The notes under the pieces are model-generated. The model had not been told where the DNA came from. It worked only from the letters and a program-made list of their open reading frames with translations, and did not search any database. The position numbers and the translations under genes are program-made. Below, one piece after another: positions 22,389-35,020 of a DNA stretch of 36,743 nt. The stretch lies in assembly GCA_008632985.1 (NCBI GenBank), contig QPGO01000094.1:1-36743 (forward strand), in the 5' to 3' direction. The DNA is from Psammoneis japonica (taxonomy: Eukaryota). The first letter of the stretch is position 1, and each line of letters opens with the position of its first letter.

Positions 22389-22710
22389 CCCTGATTATCA
22401 TAGAAAATCTGTACGAAAATCAAAATCTGTAGCCCTACCTATTTTTGAGGGGCTTGAAAAAATCTGTACCTATTCTGAACGGAAATCTGGAATCCGTACC
22501 CAGTACAAATGTACGTAGGATGTACGTAGAACGCGCCAGGCCTACCTGGGAAGGGGTTCTTCAAATCTGAGAAAATCCAAAGCCAGTTTTAGCGAAATCA
22601 ATGAAAATCTATACTTTTTGAGAATCTGTACCTATTTCTCCGGAAGCCTTGAAAATCTGTACCTGTTTTTAACCAAAATCTGGAGTACAGATTTTCTATG
22701 ATAATCAGGG
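22389..22710. mobile_element. MITE, 322 bp, perfect 26-bp TIRs, TA target-site duplication
   Basis: TA-CCCTGATTATCATAGAAAATCTGTAC (22389-22414) ... GTACAGATTTTCTATGATAATCAGGG-TA (22685-22710), with internal AAAATCTGTAC-like repeats. Confidence 0.9.
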
Positions 22711-22881
22711 TATGCCGCTTCTTCAAATTTCGTATTATTTCTCTAAATTAATGTATTGTTGCGTGAGACTTTGAAATGAAATTGCAAGATGTACTTGTGA
22801 CGGTCTGGCTGTTGCTAAGTTCTCCCGATACGATCACTATTCTAGAGCTAGAGAGACAGTCAAACCCCTTTCAATTTCAAT

Positions 22882-23651
22882 CTAGAAGCCAGCGTTAAAA
22901 TCAATCGGATAGCCAGCCAACGAGTTGATGACATAAGGATCATGCGTGGGGAGCATTTCGTGGACCATTAATCCCAGAATCCCCATCATTGCCGCACGGC
23001 CATTGTTAAGCTCAATGCCCCGCTTACGTTCTTGCTCTTCAGGAGAAAAGGTGTCCCAACCGAGATCGAAGGCCTCGTTCCTAAAGTCTCCCACAAGCTC
23101 GCTACCAACGAGGTCTTTCATCACTGCCAACTCGAGAAGACCGCAGAAGAGAAAGATCTGCAAGAGCCCAGCCGGCGGGACCTTGGAAAGCGCCGCAATT
23201 CCAGCTTTGGAGAAGAAAACAAATCAGACGCATGTTTTAGTAACTGGCATAGTATAGGTGAAGCTTTCAAAAGAGGAATGAATGGAGCACATATTGACTA
23301 TTCGATATTAGAGAACAGCTGCAAAACCGACTTACTTGGGATAGAGTCAAACGAGGTGCCATGGTAATCAATGTCACCGGGAAGACGAACTCCGCCGGTC
23401 GTGACGATATGTCCGAGCACAGCGAGCATCGAAACACGACCATGCTTCAGCTCAACATAGCGCAGGCGGTTGAAACGAGCGTCATCGGCATCATCCAGCA
23501 GGCCGAGGGGGTCGAAGAATCCAAGTGGCGGTTGCGCGCCCAGCTCATTTTCAAAGGACATCTTGGTAGACACAGAGGTGCCCACTCCCGTCTGAGACGG
23601 TGCGAATGCCGCAGTGGCGGTAGCAAAGAGCGGTAGGATGGAAAGTCTCAT
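22882..23651 (-). CDS. Lhcf: Fucoxanthin-chlorophyll a/c binding protein (Lhcf-type); intron 23205-23335
   Basis: Bipartite presequence MRLSILPLFATATAAFAP; FENELGAQPPLGFFDPLG, YVELKHGRVSMLA and ELNNGRAAMMGILGLMVHE. Confidence 0.95.
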
Positions 23652-23933
23652 GGTGCCTGGCTTTGTTTTGCTCTGAAGTGACCGGCCGAGTTGCACTGCA
23701 ACACAAGATCTCTTGCGAGCCCTGTCCTTGGCGAGCCGCCGCGAAAAGATCCAAAAGATTTTCGAGAATAACCCGGATGTTGGATGCTGGATGTTGAATG
23801 TCAAATAAAATGGACGACGACTCATGACTGACCTTGAACCTCTCGTACAAACTATTCTGCTTTGATTGCTTTTTCGCTCTTCTTGTGTTCACTGTTGATT
23901 GTCGCACGGTTGTATCTGACTTGTGTTGCATGA

Positions 23934-25169
23934 ATGGGAGATGCAACCAGCGGAGCCATGGATAGAGCGACGGAGAATGTGGTGACGATGGAAAACGCTG
24001 ATAGTCTGAGAGCAGAACACGAGAAGCAACGTATGAATCTCACCTCAATCCATCAGAAAGCGTTGGCTCGTCTTTTTCCTCCTTTGGACTCGACGAAAAC
24101 CGGTGCAAGAAAGATTTCCAACAAAATCAAAGAATTGCAAAAGAAGCGAAACAAGCTGAGGGATCGTCGAATTTTCCTTTTCTCAGAAATCAAAAGGCTT
24201 GAAGCCACAGAGATTTGCTCCAGTGTGGCGTTTGATCTGACTGGGGTGCGAGGGAGCTCGAATCTACCTTTTGTACGTTCCTACTCTAGTAGTCGCCCTT
24301 CGCAATTAGATGATAACGCGAAGGACGATTTCTATCAAGATCTAGCAAACAAGATGAAGAATATCCGTTCCAAACGAAGAGTTGTTGGTGCTCACTGCGT
24401 TTCCGGGATATCCCTTTTGCCCCGTAAGGATGACAGCACTTTTGGTGTTCGTTTCGACATTGCTGTCAAAGGACGCTACAGTACCGGTCACGTTGCCTTC
24501 TTTCGAATCATCAAGGATCATATCAAAGGAAAATACCTTCGGTTGGTTCAACATACTCTTCCAAAAGGTCTTCTCACAAATGCAGACATGTCGGTGGACC
24601 TACCAGCAGATGATGCTGACGATGGACTATCTAGGAAAGCGTTTGTCAGCGCTTTACAAGAACGCGTCGGCTTTCTGTACGATGTGCTCCATGCGCATGT
24701 TCATCGACGAACAGCTTGTCTCTGGCTGTCGAACGAGGCGGAACAACAGCAACAACAAGACACTTCGAGAATGGTCCAGTGTGTGAGTTTCAACGAGCAA
24801 TACAACGTTGTTTCGTTCCAAATGGTTGTTTGTTTCCGTCCAGGTCAGGCGGAGGCAAATAATGATGAAAGCCGCGAGTTGCGACACCAGGTCACGCTAT
24901 TCTACAGAAAACGTTTGAGATCCAATCCCACCCATGTCTCTATTAAACACATCAAGCATCCCTTGCCTACCGGTACAGCTGAACACAGAACCGGCACCAA
25001 TGTCGGCGCAGAGGTCGCAAATGACGAATATACTGGCGATAATGGTTCAGAAAGGGAAAGCATCGATCAGCGAAAATTGAACGAGCTCAAGAAGGTTTTC
25101 ATTCGTTATCCCATACCGATCTCAATTTCAAGCGCCTGGGAGTCAATAGAGTCCGCAACTCATCACTAG
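23934..25169 (+). CDS. Putative CENP-O/Mcm21-like kinetochore protein
   Basis: N-terminal coiled coil, then SGISL...FGVRFDI...G...LRLVQHTLP...LHAHVHRR, resembling the recalled CENP-O RWD signature. Confidence 0.6.
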   Translation: MGDATSGAMDRATENVVTMENADSLRAEHEKQRMNLTSIHQKALARLFPPLDSTKTGARKISNKIKELQKKRNKLRDRRIFLFSEIKRLEATEICSSVAFDLTGVRGSSNLPFVRSYSSSRPSQLDDNAKDDFYQDLANKMKNIRSKRRVVGAHCVSGISLLPRKDDSTFGVRFDIAVKGRYSTGHVAFFRIIKDHIKGKYLRLVQHTLPKGLLTNADMSVDLPADDADDGLSRKAFVSALQERVGFLYDVLHAHVHRRTACLWLSNEAEQQQQQDTSRMVQCVSFNEQYNVVSFQMVVCFRPGQAEANNDESRELRHQVTLFYRKRLRSNPTHVSIKHIKHPLPTGTAEHRTGTNVGAEVANDEYTGDNGSERESIDQRKLNELKKVFIRYPIPISISSAWESIESATHH

Positions 25170-25637
25170 AACTTTTTGTCTACGGTACCTCGCTTGCTTC
25201 TTCATTACAAGTGGCGGGTGTAGAGGCTTAGGGAACAATAACAGGTTGATTGCATACCATAGCGGTGATTCGGTATGCAATATATGCAATCAGTAGAACT
25301 AGGTAGGCTAACAGAACCTGATGTATGTGGTCGCGTGCATGAGCAAACGTGGAAACGAACCTTCAAATTGAGTCCGAGAGGTCAATAATTTCGAGCTCTG
25401 CGACATACAGTAAGAAAAATGCGTCGTAGAATCCTACAGAGCTTCAGTATCATATAAAAAATTGCGCGCGAAAGAACAAGATCCAGGTGGCAGGTGGCGT
25501 TTCTGACATTTTTGATCACAAAACGGGAGCGTCACGGCAAACTGCGAAGGGTCACGCCACTCTTCGCTCTTCACCCTCACTCTTTGCCGATTTTCAATTT
25601 CATTCCTTTCCATGTTTCATGTTGACTGCATTGTATC

Positions 25638-27347
25638 ATGAACCAACTCTTCCGTCCCCGGCATCCGTCGCTGGAGGATGTGCGTCAAACTCAGCACACC
25701 AATCGTTCCTACTCACAATTGCCTTCTGACGCGAGACGCACCAATGGGACCTCACAAGCGGAACCGTCGTTTGATAGAGATGAAGCATCGCTATGGGACT
25801 CGATTACCTGCGTCATAACAGGCGTCGCTGCGATATTTTGCGTTTTGGGGCTGGTGACGATCCTGGCAGTTCTATTTGTGACAGTTCGTCCTTTTTCTCG
25901 ATCTTCTTATCGACGGCTGGCGGCACACACCGGTGCTGCGGCGTTCCTTGACGCTGTTGCTCTCTTACTGCCGGCGACCAAGATTTATGTCACGGGAGAT
26001 TCAGACATGCCTTCCCCAGTTGGTACAAGCCTGTTAGTATGCAATCACCTGATAGACGCAGACTGGTGGGTTATACTTATGTTAGGGAGGTGTGTTGGAC
26101 TCCGGGGAAGTGAAAAGGTGTTCCTAAGAAACGAAGTGCTTCAGAGCAGTCGAAGATCAAGTCAAGGAAAACCCTCTGTTAATGGCACTTCGAGAACGGA
26201 CGCTTCATCGCAAGTTTTGTCATCTGCTTCCACAAAAAGTGTATCATTTTCACGTTCAGCTCCCGTTGGTGGGACATCATTTGGGCGGCTTCCGGTCAGT
26301 CCACAAATTCGTATTGCCGCACGACTTTTGCATGCACTCCTTGAATTCCCCTTGTTAAGCGGGGAGAACAATAAGGATTACATATCAGATCGAGAAAATC
26401 TGTTTGAGCTTCTTCGGTCATTTGCCGGGGATACGGAGACCGCGGCACCTGTGCACCTCCTCCTTTTCCCAGAAGGTTGGTCTCTTCACGACAATGGATG
26501 CTTGGATCGGAAAGCCGTTTTGGCCATGAGCAACGAATTCGCGAAAAGGGAAGGACGACCACAGCTGAAGCATTTGCTGTTGCCACGGACGACTGGATTC
26601 AACGCTTGTCTCGAAAGCCTTCGTGAATCAAGCCCAGTCGTTTATGATGTTACAATGGTAGGTTTGCTTGTTGCTCATTATTTCGTTCGTCTCCCGGAGG
26701 ACTGTTGTCTAATCATAATTGCGTTCTCTTTGGCCTTTGCTTCCAAGGCATACGCTGGCTACAATGGGACGGTTCCTCCGTCTCTCTCCCTATCTCTTCC
26801 TAGCCTTTGGCGATTTCTTCGCATAGGGTTCCCTCGTGAGTTTCACGTTCGAATCAAACGGTATAGCATGGAGGAGGTGCTGAATGATTCTGGTTGGTTA
26901 GATAAGCAATGGGCAGAGAAGGATCGGTTACTTGGGCACTTCTCACGTCACCAGTCTTTCCCGATAGAAAGTCGTGGTTTTTATCGAAACCGAGTATTTG
27001 ATACTCAGAGGCAGGCGCTGGAAAGCTCTGTGCTTGCCCTGCTGCGTTTGCTGTTTCTGCCTTTCACTATTCCATTTCTTCTCCTACTTTCGGTGCCATT
27101 CTTCTGGACTGGGGTTTGGTTGTGGTTGGGTTTTCAGGCCTTCAAACTTGTCACTACGGCTTCAGACGGTGCTCCGTCTCGACGGACTGTAGACGACCCT
27201 AACGTGCACGATGGTGCAGGAACTGCTGAGACACCAGGGAGTGTCGGAGGCGGCGCAGATTCAAATGCCGGGACACCATACGTCCCGAGCACGCCATTTG
27301 TATCTCCGACTGTTGCAAATTGGAGGAATCCCCATGGCAGTGACTGA
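25638..27347 (+). CDS. Lysophospholipid acyltransferase (PlsC; LCLAT1/AGPAT-like); in-frame intron 26658-26747
   Basis: Motifs NHLIDAD (NHx4D), FPEG, HLLLPRTTGF, VYDVTM/AY and WLDKQWAEKDRLL. Confidence 0.88.
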   Translation: MNQLFRPRHPSLEDVRQTQHTNRSYSQLPSDARRTNGTSQAEPSFDRDEASLWDSITCVITGVAAIFCVLGLVTILAVLFVTVRPFSRSSYRRLAAHTGAAAFLDAVALLLPATKIYVTGDSDMPSPVGTSLLVCNHLIDADWWVILMLGRCVGLRGSEKVFLRNEVLQSSRRSSQGKPSVNGTSRTDASSQVLSSASTKSVSFSRSAPVGGTSFGRLPVSPQIRIAARLLHALLEFPLLSGENNKDYISDRENLFELLRSFAGDTETAAPVHLLLFPEGWSLHDNGCLDRKAVLAMSNEFAKREGRPQLKHLLLPRTTGFNACLESLRESSPVVYDVTMVGLLVAHYFVRLPEDCCLIIIAFSLAFASKAYAGYNGTVPPSLSLSLPSLWRFLRIGFPREFHVRIKRYSMEEVLNDSGWLDKQWAEKDRLLGHFSRHQSFPIESRGFYRNRVFDTQRQALESSVLALLRLLFLPFTIPFLLLLSVPFFWTGVWLWLGFQAFKLVTTASDGAPSRRTVDDPNVHDGAGTAETPGSVGGGADSNAGTPYVPSTPFVSPTVANWRNPHGSD

Positions 27348-27979
27348 CAAGGCTGTAGAAAGACCCGAGAAACAGGCACTCCTTGGAGAATATCTGGTTC
27401 AATGCACCGTGGAACTGGCACCTGAAATCAATCATCAGAATAATACTTACGGATTCAGCCAAAATTCAATGCGAAAGTTGTTGGATTAATGCCCCCCAAG
27501 AGGGAAGACGGAGCCTCCGACAATTCTAGCTCTGATAATAGGGAGATAGAACTACTCTAGAGACTGCCTCTAGTAGAGCGCCCTTTTCACTTCAAACTAT
27601 TCTACTACTCTAGAGACTAGGGCTAGCTAGAAAAACCATGAGTTGAAACCACGGATACCGCTATGGCGTACGGTAGAGCTACGGTACCGGTACGGTCGGG
27701 TCGGTGGGTGTACACTTCTGGGGTGTAGGCGGCCCATCGCAATGTCTGTGTGTCCAAATAATGAGTTTTCTGGGTGTGAAGCCCAGATTGAAATTTCTGC
27801 TCTCACTGCGCAAGTGGCAGTTTGTGTGCCGTGGCTTGTGGCTTGCGGCCATGGACGAGGACCGGCGTTGGCTGCCCACAGCCACGCAGCAGCGCCGGCC
27901 CCGAGATTTCGTCAGGGCATGTACCATGTACCTTCACTTCTAGAGTGGTGCAGTTACCTTGACTCAAACTACGCCTACG

Positions 27980-30060
27980 ATGGCCTCTCATGAGCACTTG
28001 CAACAACTGAATGATGAAGATTCAACAAGCTCCGAGAGCGGTTCATCTACATCATCGAGCGATGACGATGACATGTCTGAATCCTCGGACGTACCTCAGG
28101 ACATTGGCAATGTCGACTCCGGTGTTGTGACTGTCGCAGATCCTGACCGTAGCGCAGAATTAGAAAGACCCAAACCTAAGCTCAAGCTCTCACTGCGGAT
28201 GCCAAAGAAGACGACTTCAGAAGAAGGAGATGATGAAGAGAAGGACATGGAAATCGATACCGCTGCAGCTTCTTCTGTTGCAGATTCAACTGATGCTGAT
28301 GAAGACATCGTGGATGAGACTGAGGTTGTGAAAGCCACCGTTGTTCCCAGCGACGATGGAGACGCCATTGAAGAAGTTGTTGAAGCAACTGTCGCAGAGG
28401 AGGTACCTACCGCCACCGCCGTGCCTTCTGCCACACAGTCTCAACCGCGACCCAAGCCATCCGCCCCCAAGAGTCGCCGCTCTCCAACGACTGTTCTTCA
28501 TGCGGGGCGCCCGGTTCGGCTGCCTTCAATGTCATCTCCTGGCTTACTCATAACACCGACTGCGGGTGTGTATCGTGGCGATGCTGATGCTGACGGTTTT
28601 ACAACCCCTGCATCAGTCTTTACCCGTGCCATGTCTTTGGCAGGGTACAGCACAGAAGGGAGAACCAAGCATCCACACAGAGGATCTAGTGTCGAAAGAG
28701 TCGTCGATGATATGTTCGACAGCAATATTCGCTTCACTTTGCATTTCCCACGCCTCGTCCCTGAGGATTTGTGGAGTCACAACGCAATGGCTTCGCCAAA
28801 TCAGGCATCGTCAGAGGAACTAGCATCGCACGACAAAACTTCATCTCTTCCACAAATCTTAGTCCGTGCTCTTGCAAAGCCTGAGGAAGAAAGGATGAAC
28901 GTAGCTAGTGAAGACGTAGGTGCAAACGGACGCAAAAAGCGAAGGACGTGTTTGTCTTTCGTTGACATGGCCCCTGTTTCTCTTACGATTCCATACCCAG
29001 AATCGTATATCCAGAAACGCCTTGACTACACCAAGAAGGTCGAAGCTCGGGAGCGTGCTATCGTTGCCTCTCAAGAATCAGCGCAGGCAGTGGAAGAAGC
29101 AAAGGAAACAAGCGCTACTACAAACACACCCAGCGAAAACGGCCTCCATGCAGCACCAAAGAATCCGCAGCAGATGGAAATACCACCAATACCAACACCA
29201 CCCAGTCCTCCTTCCGAGATTGATGATGACTATTTCAAAAGTACTGACAAGGAGCGACATCCTATTCGTATCATCAAGGGGAAGGAGAAGTTTGTTTCAC
29301 ACCTTGACAAAGATTGCTTCCACATTACAGATGGACGGTACTATGGGCTCTCGACCAATTCTATTGCCGACCCCCATTTTGTTGGGCCGAATGCTCCTGG
29401 TATTGTAGGCTTAAATATATCAGGGGGGACTGGCTTAGCAACTTCTGCCAGCAATGCGGTAACCGCGACTTCTTCGCAAGGATACTTTGGGAGAAATCCG
29501 GGTGGCGGAAGCAGCGGTGCCGTTGTTGGATCGAAGAACCCGGCCGAAACGAACAAAGCGTCTTCCAAAGAGGCTGCGTCGTCGGGAGCTCCAGGCAGTT
29601 CTACCAAGACTTCAAAAGGTTCAAAGAGCAATGAAGCAGCGACGTCCACGTCAACGGACTTGAAGAAATTCATGGAGCAGGGAGACACGACTCTGGTTGA
29701 AGCAATGAAGGTTTGCATCACTCGTGCCGCCGTTCACGCAAGTCGAACGGGTATGCATGGAGGATCGTTTGTCGGTTCGGACGGGGAAACGTATCCTGAC
29801 ATCAGCAAGGCGTTTGCAGCACATGCAGGTTTGAGGCCGTGCAATAGATGCAAGAACAATAAGCAGGGTGTAAGTTTCATGATGTCATCGCATTCGAGTT
29901 ATGCTTGTTTGTCTAATACTTTCCTTTCTCTATTCAATAATAGGCATATCACTGTCGTCTACGTAGAAAGCATAAGGATGTTGACTACGATGGTGGAAAT
30001 AGTTGGGCAGTGCTTGCCCCGTTGTTCGAAGAGAAGATTGGTGATTTGGTACACAGGTGA
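27980..30060 (+). CDS. Hypothetical protein with acidic disordered N-terminus and C-terminal Cys/His motif; intron 29870-29943
   Basis: Long ORF; splicing gives PCNRCKNNKQG/AYHCRLRRKH...DGGNSW, ending at TGA 30058-30060. Confidence 0.75.
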
Positions 30061-30781
30061 TGAATGCAATTCGCTGGGTGCAATTGGGGACTTTACTGAA
30101 CGTTAAGCAAAGTTAAAATTGAATCGTTAAACTATGTCCGGTATCTCTAGTTGGATGGTGAGCTAGCTAGTTGAATTTCCTTATTTAGTTACTCTGTTTG
30201 GAAACTGGCTACAACTACCCGGTAGTTCTTTGAAGGAAGACGAGACGCATGCCTCCTATCCCTCTCTAGTAGAATTAAATTGTTTCCGCTTATTCTCATA
30301 GATCGTGGTGACTAAGACGAAGCAAATCATTCTGACACTACCAAGAGAGGCCTCCTCTCTAGCTAGCTACTAGCTAATGAGTAATTAGAGCTAAGAGTAC
30401 GCTACTCTAGAGGGACAACTCTGGATGGTAGCTACTCTCTAGCTACTCTAGCTACTAGCTAGTAGAGAGTAGCTACTAGAGTGGAGATAGAGCTACCGAA
30501 CAGAAGCAAGAGGAATAGTGTTTTGGTTGCGGCGCGACGAATGGTTGGCAACGCCCTCCTGGTGACAGCGGCGCGCGCGACAATCATTTCGAGCGTGAGC
30601 GAGAACGTGGAACGGCAGGTGTTGCGGTTGCTATGGGCTTTTGGGCCGGAGATGCTTTGATGTCGGTGCTTGCTGTCGGCAAACGTTTGATTTAACTTCC
30701 CTCTCTACCATACTCGCTCTAGAGCAAGTAAGCTTGTCACGAAAGACGCACCAGGGAAAACCAGGTCGGTATAAGCAATTG

Positions 30782-33091
30782 ATGTTGCGTCTTATTTCAC
30801 AGCCAAGATGTTTCTCCAAGACTGGTCGAACCGTACCTAGGAATCGGATGCCAACTGGTAAAAAGCACGAGGCGGAAAGATCAGGTTCCTCGTCTGTCGA
30901 GCCATTCGCCACACATCGAAGTCTTCTCTCGTCGGCATCCTTTTCATCTGCCTTAGACGCCTCAGAAAAATCAGATTTGACATGTCATCATCTGACAATG
31001 TCAGAAGTCTCACGCTCAAGCATGCAGCAGCGAGAAGTGATGAAGAACTTTTTTTCTATGCTGCAGGTTACATTATCCATGGCGTCGCGAGATCGTCGAT
31101 TGTACGAGTTCACAGATTCCTGGTCGTCCGAATCGAATGCGCTCCCACAGAGTGAGTCCAGGCACAAGTTAGAAGCTCAAGCTCAGGTTGTACCGTTATC
31201 TATGCAAAGGGGCTACATGGATGGAAATCAAATCCGACAGCGTAGTGGCATGAATAGTCTACACTTGTCCACCGAGATCATTGGTGATGATGAAATCACT
31301 GTCAGCAGCTTAAGAGAGCTCGAGGAAGCTCAACTTGAACCCGAGCAGAAGCAGACCCGGACTCCACGCCTGCAGAAACCACCATTCGCTGCTTCTCCTT
31401 TTGAGACTAATATATCTCGCGCCTTAAACTCTGACTTGTTGTCGAAGGTCAGGCGACTATTCATCGAATCAGTGGAGAAGGGACAGAGGCTCAATCCAAA
31501 TGCTCTGACGAAGCTGTTTAAATATCTGGTGAAAAGGGACATCGCTTGTGCTTACAATGTGATGTGCCGCTATCGAGAACAAGAGGGAACCCCAATGGAG
31601 CCACGAATGTATGCAGTGTTGTGCGATGCTATTGGATATGAACGTCCAAGACACGTTTCATCGCGTGATGTTACGACAATGGTAAAAAGGCTTAGGGGTG
31701 AATTGGAAAAGCTTGATGTGGTAAAATACCAACATGTTTGTTATCCTCGTTTGGTCAAGAGCCTAGTCAGACAACGTGACGCGTATCTGGGTCGAGGGGC
31801 ATTGGCGTTTTACCAGGACATGGTTGATGGCGACTTCCCAGGAAAGGAACAAACATGGGAGAAATGCATCGTATGTTCTCGCTATTCTAGGCAACATGAC
31901 CTTCCCTATCATGATATGCTGCGTGAAATTGTTGAGTCAGGTATGTTTCAACGCTTTCGTGAATGTGCAGGGTCGTTCATTCTATAGCTCTGACCCCGAG
32001 CTGACCACGTTTTCGCTATTTGCAGGACGACGGCCATATCCACCACATGCAATTCATGTACTGCAGAATCTTTTTCCATTCACAGATATCAAAGCCACTT
32101 CCGTCGCGTTGCAAGCCCTCCTGGAATTGCAAACATCCGCACAGCCCTCGCACCGGTTTCAGGTTTATGGTGTTGATTCTGGGACCTTGGAGCAGATCAC
32201 TGCAGCTGGAGCGCGAAAGGCGTCGCCAGAGCTAAATTTACTTGTTTGGGATATGTTGGAAGTTATGGGGAGTCAACCGACAGAAGCCATGTACGAAAAC
32301 ACAATTCAAGCATTCTGCATGTCGTATCGGCAAGACCACAACGTCTTCGCGGTTTTGGCGGAAATGGAATCTCGCGGATTTAAACCGACCAGGGCGCTGA
32401 TTCGAAGTATTTCTAGGTCATTGAGGTAAGATTTTCAGTTCCTGTTCTACAGATCTCGTCAAATATCTCACGGTGCGCCTTCTCCAATAGGTTTTCTCCC
32501 GGCAGAACGGATCACGCGTATTACATGTTAAAGCGCGAAGACATCGATGATTCTTCGAATATCTCCGTAGCCTCTTTGAACGCGGTGCTTTCAGCATGTG
32601 CGGAACAGGGCGACGTGGATCGCACATTTTCGTCATTCGACGATTTTGAAGTCCTTGGGCTGGACCCGGATGAGGATTCCTTTTCTTTCCTCTTAGAGGC
32701 TTTGGTGAACAACGCTCACAACAAACTGAAGAGAGGGGACAAAGAAGTAACAGAGAGCATCGATGCGGCAGAATCGATTGTTGCGATGATGAAGGATTTT
32801 GATATTTCGCTTTCTTCCCATTCCCTGTATCGATATGTGCAACTTATGTGTTTTGCCGGGGATATTACCAGGGCATCAGAAGTTGTCTATGACGCAATAG
32901 AGCGAAGGCGCAGAGTGCCGAACAAAACATTGTTCATTCTAGCGAAGGAATGCGGGGCTGCTGGACAATTCGACATGGCGCGGGACATCGCTTCGAAGAC
33001 AAGCGAACCATGGGATGCGTTGAATGATAAGATCAGCCGCTGGGCAGCAGACTTCAAGCGTGAGCGAACACCAGATCTGGCAAAAGAATGA
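30782..33091 (+). CDS. Pentatricopeptide-repeat (PPR)-like protein, probably organellar; introns 31941-32025 and 32426-32490
   Basis: PPR-like units SLNAVLSACAEQGDVDRTFSSFDDFEVLGLDPD and MYENTIQAFC...LAEMESRGFKP. Both introns restore frame. Arg-rich N-terminus MLRLISQPR. Confidence 0.8.
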
Positions 33092-33284
33092 ATTTACCCT
33101 TTTCTTTTGTTTCATTTTGTCGCTCCAATCAAGCACATGGGTTTACTGCAATCAAAAAGGCTCTTCCTCTCTCGCTATTTACAAGTTAGACTACGAACAT
33201 TTAGTTTTCCTAATCACATTCACGAGCACCCAATCACTTGACATTAATACGAGTAAGCCTCTTTTGTGATTAAGGTGCCACTCT

Positions 33285-35020
33285 CTAGTATAAAGGAAAT
33301 GTGCGATCCACTTCATACTTCCAAGACACTAGTCCTCCACGTATATTGTAGACGGAGTGTATATATGGGTTGTTCTTGGCTGCTTCCGCCAGTAACGCCG
33401 TTGCTTCAGCAGAAAAGACTCCTCGTCGACACAAGCAGTAGATTGGCTTTTCTCCATCCGATTCCTCAGCCAACTGACGCAGCGAGATACGACCGATTTC
33501 TCCTTTTAGCCTATCTAAAGGAATGTTCAAGACTGTAACCCCGTCCAACGAGCACATCTCGAATTGACGCTTTACACGTACATCTAACAGTATATATGGC
33601 TCTCCACTTCTTCGAATCCTGTCAAATTCTGTGCAAGAGATCTCTAGTTCTTCTGGCAATTTAATTGGCGTAACTCCGTTGGCTCTTTCTGCGTTTGCAG
33701 GGCCTTGTACAGCCTCTGTTGTCTTCTGACTGTCTTCCATTGACTTAATGGTCGCTTCGGGCCCACAGACAGGACATTTGCTTTGTTTGGGCGGCCTCTT
33801 GATGCTAAAAAAAGAGCACTGCAAAGAGTCGTACATCATTAATCGATTGTTCATTGGGGTGCTGCATTATTACAGATGAACGCCAGAAAATCTGAGAGTC
33901 GTGTTCATCAAGTAAATGAATATTTTTATGATGACAGCAAAAGATCGACTTACCCTACACCAGTCAGAACCTTCAACACCTCGATCGCCTGGAGTACGCC
34001 AATGAGTCCGGGAACTGTGCCTAAGACACCACTATCTGAGCAACTATTGCATCCTTCGCCAGGGGATGGATTCGGGTAAAGACACCTGTAACAGCCTTCA
34101 CCACCGTGGTTGTACACTGTCAACTGCCCCTCCGTTCCGATGGCACTTCCGGATATCAAAGGTTTATTCGCTAGTACGCATGCATCGTTGATAAGGTAGC
34201 GAGTCCGCGGGTTGTCCGACGCATCAACTACGCAGTCGTGTCGCGAAACGAGTTCCAAGGCATTTTCGTGCGTAAGCACCTCTCTGACCGGTACATATCT
34301 GATAGAAGAGTTGACATCGCGTAGAGCAAGACACGCGGAAAACGCTTTGGGCATCCCAACAGTCGATTCCCGGTGGATTATTTGACGGTGCAAGTTGGAA
34401 ATCTCCACATCATCAAAGTCCACAACGCTGATCTTACCAATGCCAGACGCCGCCAAATACAAAAGAGCTGAAAACGACAGCTTCTTCGTTAGCAATCTGA
34501 AAGTCTCCACCAGCGAAGAAAATATGTAGGACATACCTGTTGAACCAATCCCTCCAGCTCCAATCACAAGAACTGATGACGATAGCAGTTTCTTCTGTCC
34601 TTCAACGCCGTAACCATCCTTCAACAACAACAACTGCCGGGAATACCGTTTAACATGATCACGAGACAATTCAGCAACAGGTTCAAGCTCTGCGCCCGCG
34701 TCGCCTTGGTCGCCCTGTGAAGTGATGGGTTGTAGGTGATACTCGGACTTTAGTTTCCTCTTCTCGTCATTCAATCTCTGGTTCTCTGTTTGAAGATATT
34801 GGAGCTGTTCTTCCAGATCCTGGATTCGCTTCCTCCACTGTGCGTATCGCATTTCATGAAGCTTCTCCTTCGTTTCAAACTCGCGTTCCATCTCCTGCAT
34901 TTTCTTCTCTAACAACTTTTGGTATTCAATTCTTTCTTGAAGTGATGTACTGTGCAGCATGTTCGCGGCGCTTTCCGATAGAGCCTTCCAAACAGATGGT
35001 TCCTCATGATTTTTGTCCAT
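33285..35020 (-). CDS. MOCS3: Adenylyltransferase/sulfurtransferase MOCS3/UBA4 (ThiF plus rhodanese); introns 34468-34536 and 33862-33953
   Basis: RYSRQLL, VLVIGAGGIGS, DFDDVEISNLHRQ, CYRCLYP, CPVCG and the rhodanese loop CRRG. Confidence 0.93.

Noticed and set aside
22405..22690. AAAATCTGTAC repeats as a CRISPR-like array
   Set aside because: The repeats are short, degenerate and irregularly spaced, lie inside TIRs with a TA TSD, and are in a eukaryotic context.
26658..26747. Extra hydrophobic segment in the 569-aa acyltransferase ORF
   Set aside because: It is a 90-nt in-frame GT-AG intron interrupting the conserved YDVTM-AY motif; 34468-34536 in MOCS3 is a similar case.
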